Source: a virus. From it: a stretch of 44,987 nucleotides of DNA. Where the stretch lies: IMG/VR virus record IMGVR_UViG_3300031521_000017, one strand, 5' to 3'. The translations under genes were made by a program, and so were the position numbers. Position 1 is the stretch's first letter. Each line of letters begins with the position of its first letter. The notes beneath the pieces are model-generated. The model did not search any database and was not told where the DNA came from. It saw only the letters and a program-made list of their open reading frames with translations. Shown piece by piece: positions 43,969-44,987 of the stretch.

Positions 43969-44442
43969 ATGAAGGTAAGTAAAAAGATCTTATCAATAAT
44001 CTCAACAACCATTATGGCGGTAACTATTTTCGGTGGGAGTCTTTCTCCTTCCGTTGCTAGTGCCTCACCTCATTGGAGTAAGACTCGATTGAAAGCAGAG
44101 GTTAGAGAAGCAGCTCATTATTTAGGAATGTCTAAGACAAGTAGTAAGAAGCTACAGGCCTATGCAGTAGACATTGTTTTTATTATGCCTGGCAAACCTG
44201 CTCATGAGTCTGGTGGGTCATGGTATGCGGGAAATGGTGGATGTCGAGGAATTTTCCAGTTCAATGGAGGCTGGCATCTTCCTAAATCTATCAAAGCGAA
44301 AGCTAAGAAACATCATTGGCATTATCACAATGGAGACTGGCGATTAAACGCACATGCGGCAACTCACCGATTCGTTTGGACATACAAGCATGGTGGAATG
44401 AGATCTTTACATGGAGCTTGGGCCGCCACTCTTAATAGATAA
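43969..44442 (+). CDS. secreted protein with an Rpf-type transglycosylase-like domain
   Basis: N-terminal signal peptide; HESGGSWYAGNGGCRGIFQFNGGWH matches the ESGGnW...GLFQF core of the transglycosylase-like (Rpf) domain. Confidence 0.45.
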   Translation: MKVSKKILSIISTTIMAVTIFGGSLSPSVASASPHWSKTRLKAEVREAAHYLGMSKTSSKKLQAYAVDIVFIMPGKPAHESGGSWYAGNGGCRGIFQFNGGWHLPKSIKAKAKKHHWHYHNGDWRLNAHAATHRFVWTYKHGGMRSLHGAWAATLNR

Positions 44443-44469
44443 TATTACACACAAAAACTGATTTATCAA

Positions 44470-44506
44470 AGAGTAAGAGATAATACTATCTCTTACTCTT
44501 TTTTTA
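44470..44506 (+). terminator. rho-independent terminator
   Basis: AGAGTAAGAGATA-ATACT-ATCTCTTACTCT followed by T8. Confidence 0.65.
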
Positions 44507-44523
44507 TTAGGAAGGGAGGATTA

Positions 44524-44928
44524 ATGTTAGTTTATTTTATTATAAGAGTTTGCTATCAAAATGGTTCTAAAAAACTCGGACCATCTATTGCATTATTTTT
44601 TACCCAAGAAAAGGCTCAAAAGGAGCTAAGAAGATGGAAGGGGGAACACTCCTGGGATAAAACTCATTACACAGTAAAATCAATGGAGACTATGGATAAC
44701 ACTATTGAAGTTAATCCTCCTATTATTTTTGTTGTAACTAGAATCTGTGAGCAACTAGATGAAGCCAGAAATGGATCTTTATGCGGATTTCCTATTTGTG
44801 CTTTTTGCAATAGAGAGAAAGCAAAAGAGAAGATAAGAGAATATAAAGAGAATTATTCTTGGGAGAATAATAACTTTATTATTAGACCAATGAGAGTATG
44901 CGGCAATCGAAGAAAAAATTCTCGCTAA
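44524..44928 (+). CDS. 134-aa hypothetical protein
   Basis: GGAAGGGAGG ribosome-binding site. Confidence 0.45.
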   Translation: MLVYFIIRVCYQNGSKKLGPSIALFFTQEKAQKELRRWKGEHSWDKTHYTVKSMETMDNTIEVNPPIIFVVTRICEQLDEARNGSLCGFPICAFCNREKAKEKIREYKENYSWENNNFIIRPMRVCGNRRKNSR

Positions 44929-44943
44929 ACTTAAAATTCTTGG

Positions 44944-44972
44944 TTGACTTATGAAAATTAATATGATATAAT
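44944..44972 (+). promoter_or_regulatory. consensus promoter TTGACT-N17-TATAAT
   Basis: Perfect spacing. Confidence 0.5.
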
Positions 44973-44987
44973 ATGTATATTGAGTAA

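Overview
This window reads as part of a tailed-phage or prophage genome from a low-GC, Firmicute-like host, based on textbook sigma-A promoters with TGn-extended -10 boxes and AGGAGG ribosome-binding sites. Positions 1-15371 carry a leftward (minus-strand) late operon: two zinc-ribbon proteins, a large terminase subunit (deviant Walker A), a portal-sized protein, a scaffold-like acidic protein, a capsid-sized protein, small connector-sized proteins, a candidate major tail protein, and strong terminators after the capsid and tail genes. A divergent sigma-A promoter pair sits at about 15.40-15.49 kb.

Positions 15.5-27.4 kb form a compositionally distinct GC-rich island (about 50% GC against about 35% in the flanks). 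It holds about 25 small rightward genes arranged in repeated regulatory modules: a GC-rich palindrome, an AAATTT tract, a TTGACA -35 on the opposite strand (plus-strand TTGTCAAGAG box), and a rightward promoter of consensus CCYGAAACCCTTGC-N17-TACAAT. Island contents include four paralogs of a lysine/alanine-rich small protein with a winged-helix-like C-terminus (a fourth copy lies at 40975), a DEDDh exonuclease, a HAD phosphatase, two acidic cysteine-rich proteins, membrane peptides, and long untranslated leaders. The island ends in roughly 1 kb of ORF-free, internally repetitive sequence (26.37-27.36 kb) that is a candidate large structured RNA.

Positions 27.4-30.7 kb carry small leftward genes and a helix-turn-helix gene flanked by two clusters of four 22-bp iterons, a candidate replication origin. 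Positions 30.8-44.9 kb carry rightward single-gene units, each bounded by a terminator hairpin whose 3' arm is the next -35 box. They include a frameshifted SpoT-like HD domain, two calcineurin-like metallophosphoesterases, an NAD+ salvage trio (nicotinamide-mononucleotide adenylyltransferase, Nudix hydrolase, nicotinamide phosphoribosyltransferase), an M28/M20-like peptidase, an Rpf-like secreted protein, and many proteins of unknown function. No rRNA, canonical tRNA or CRISPR array was found. All functional calls rest on motifs read by eye; no database search was run.
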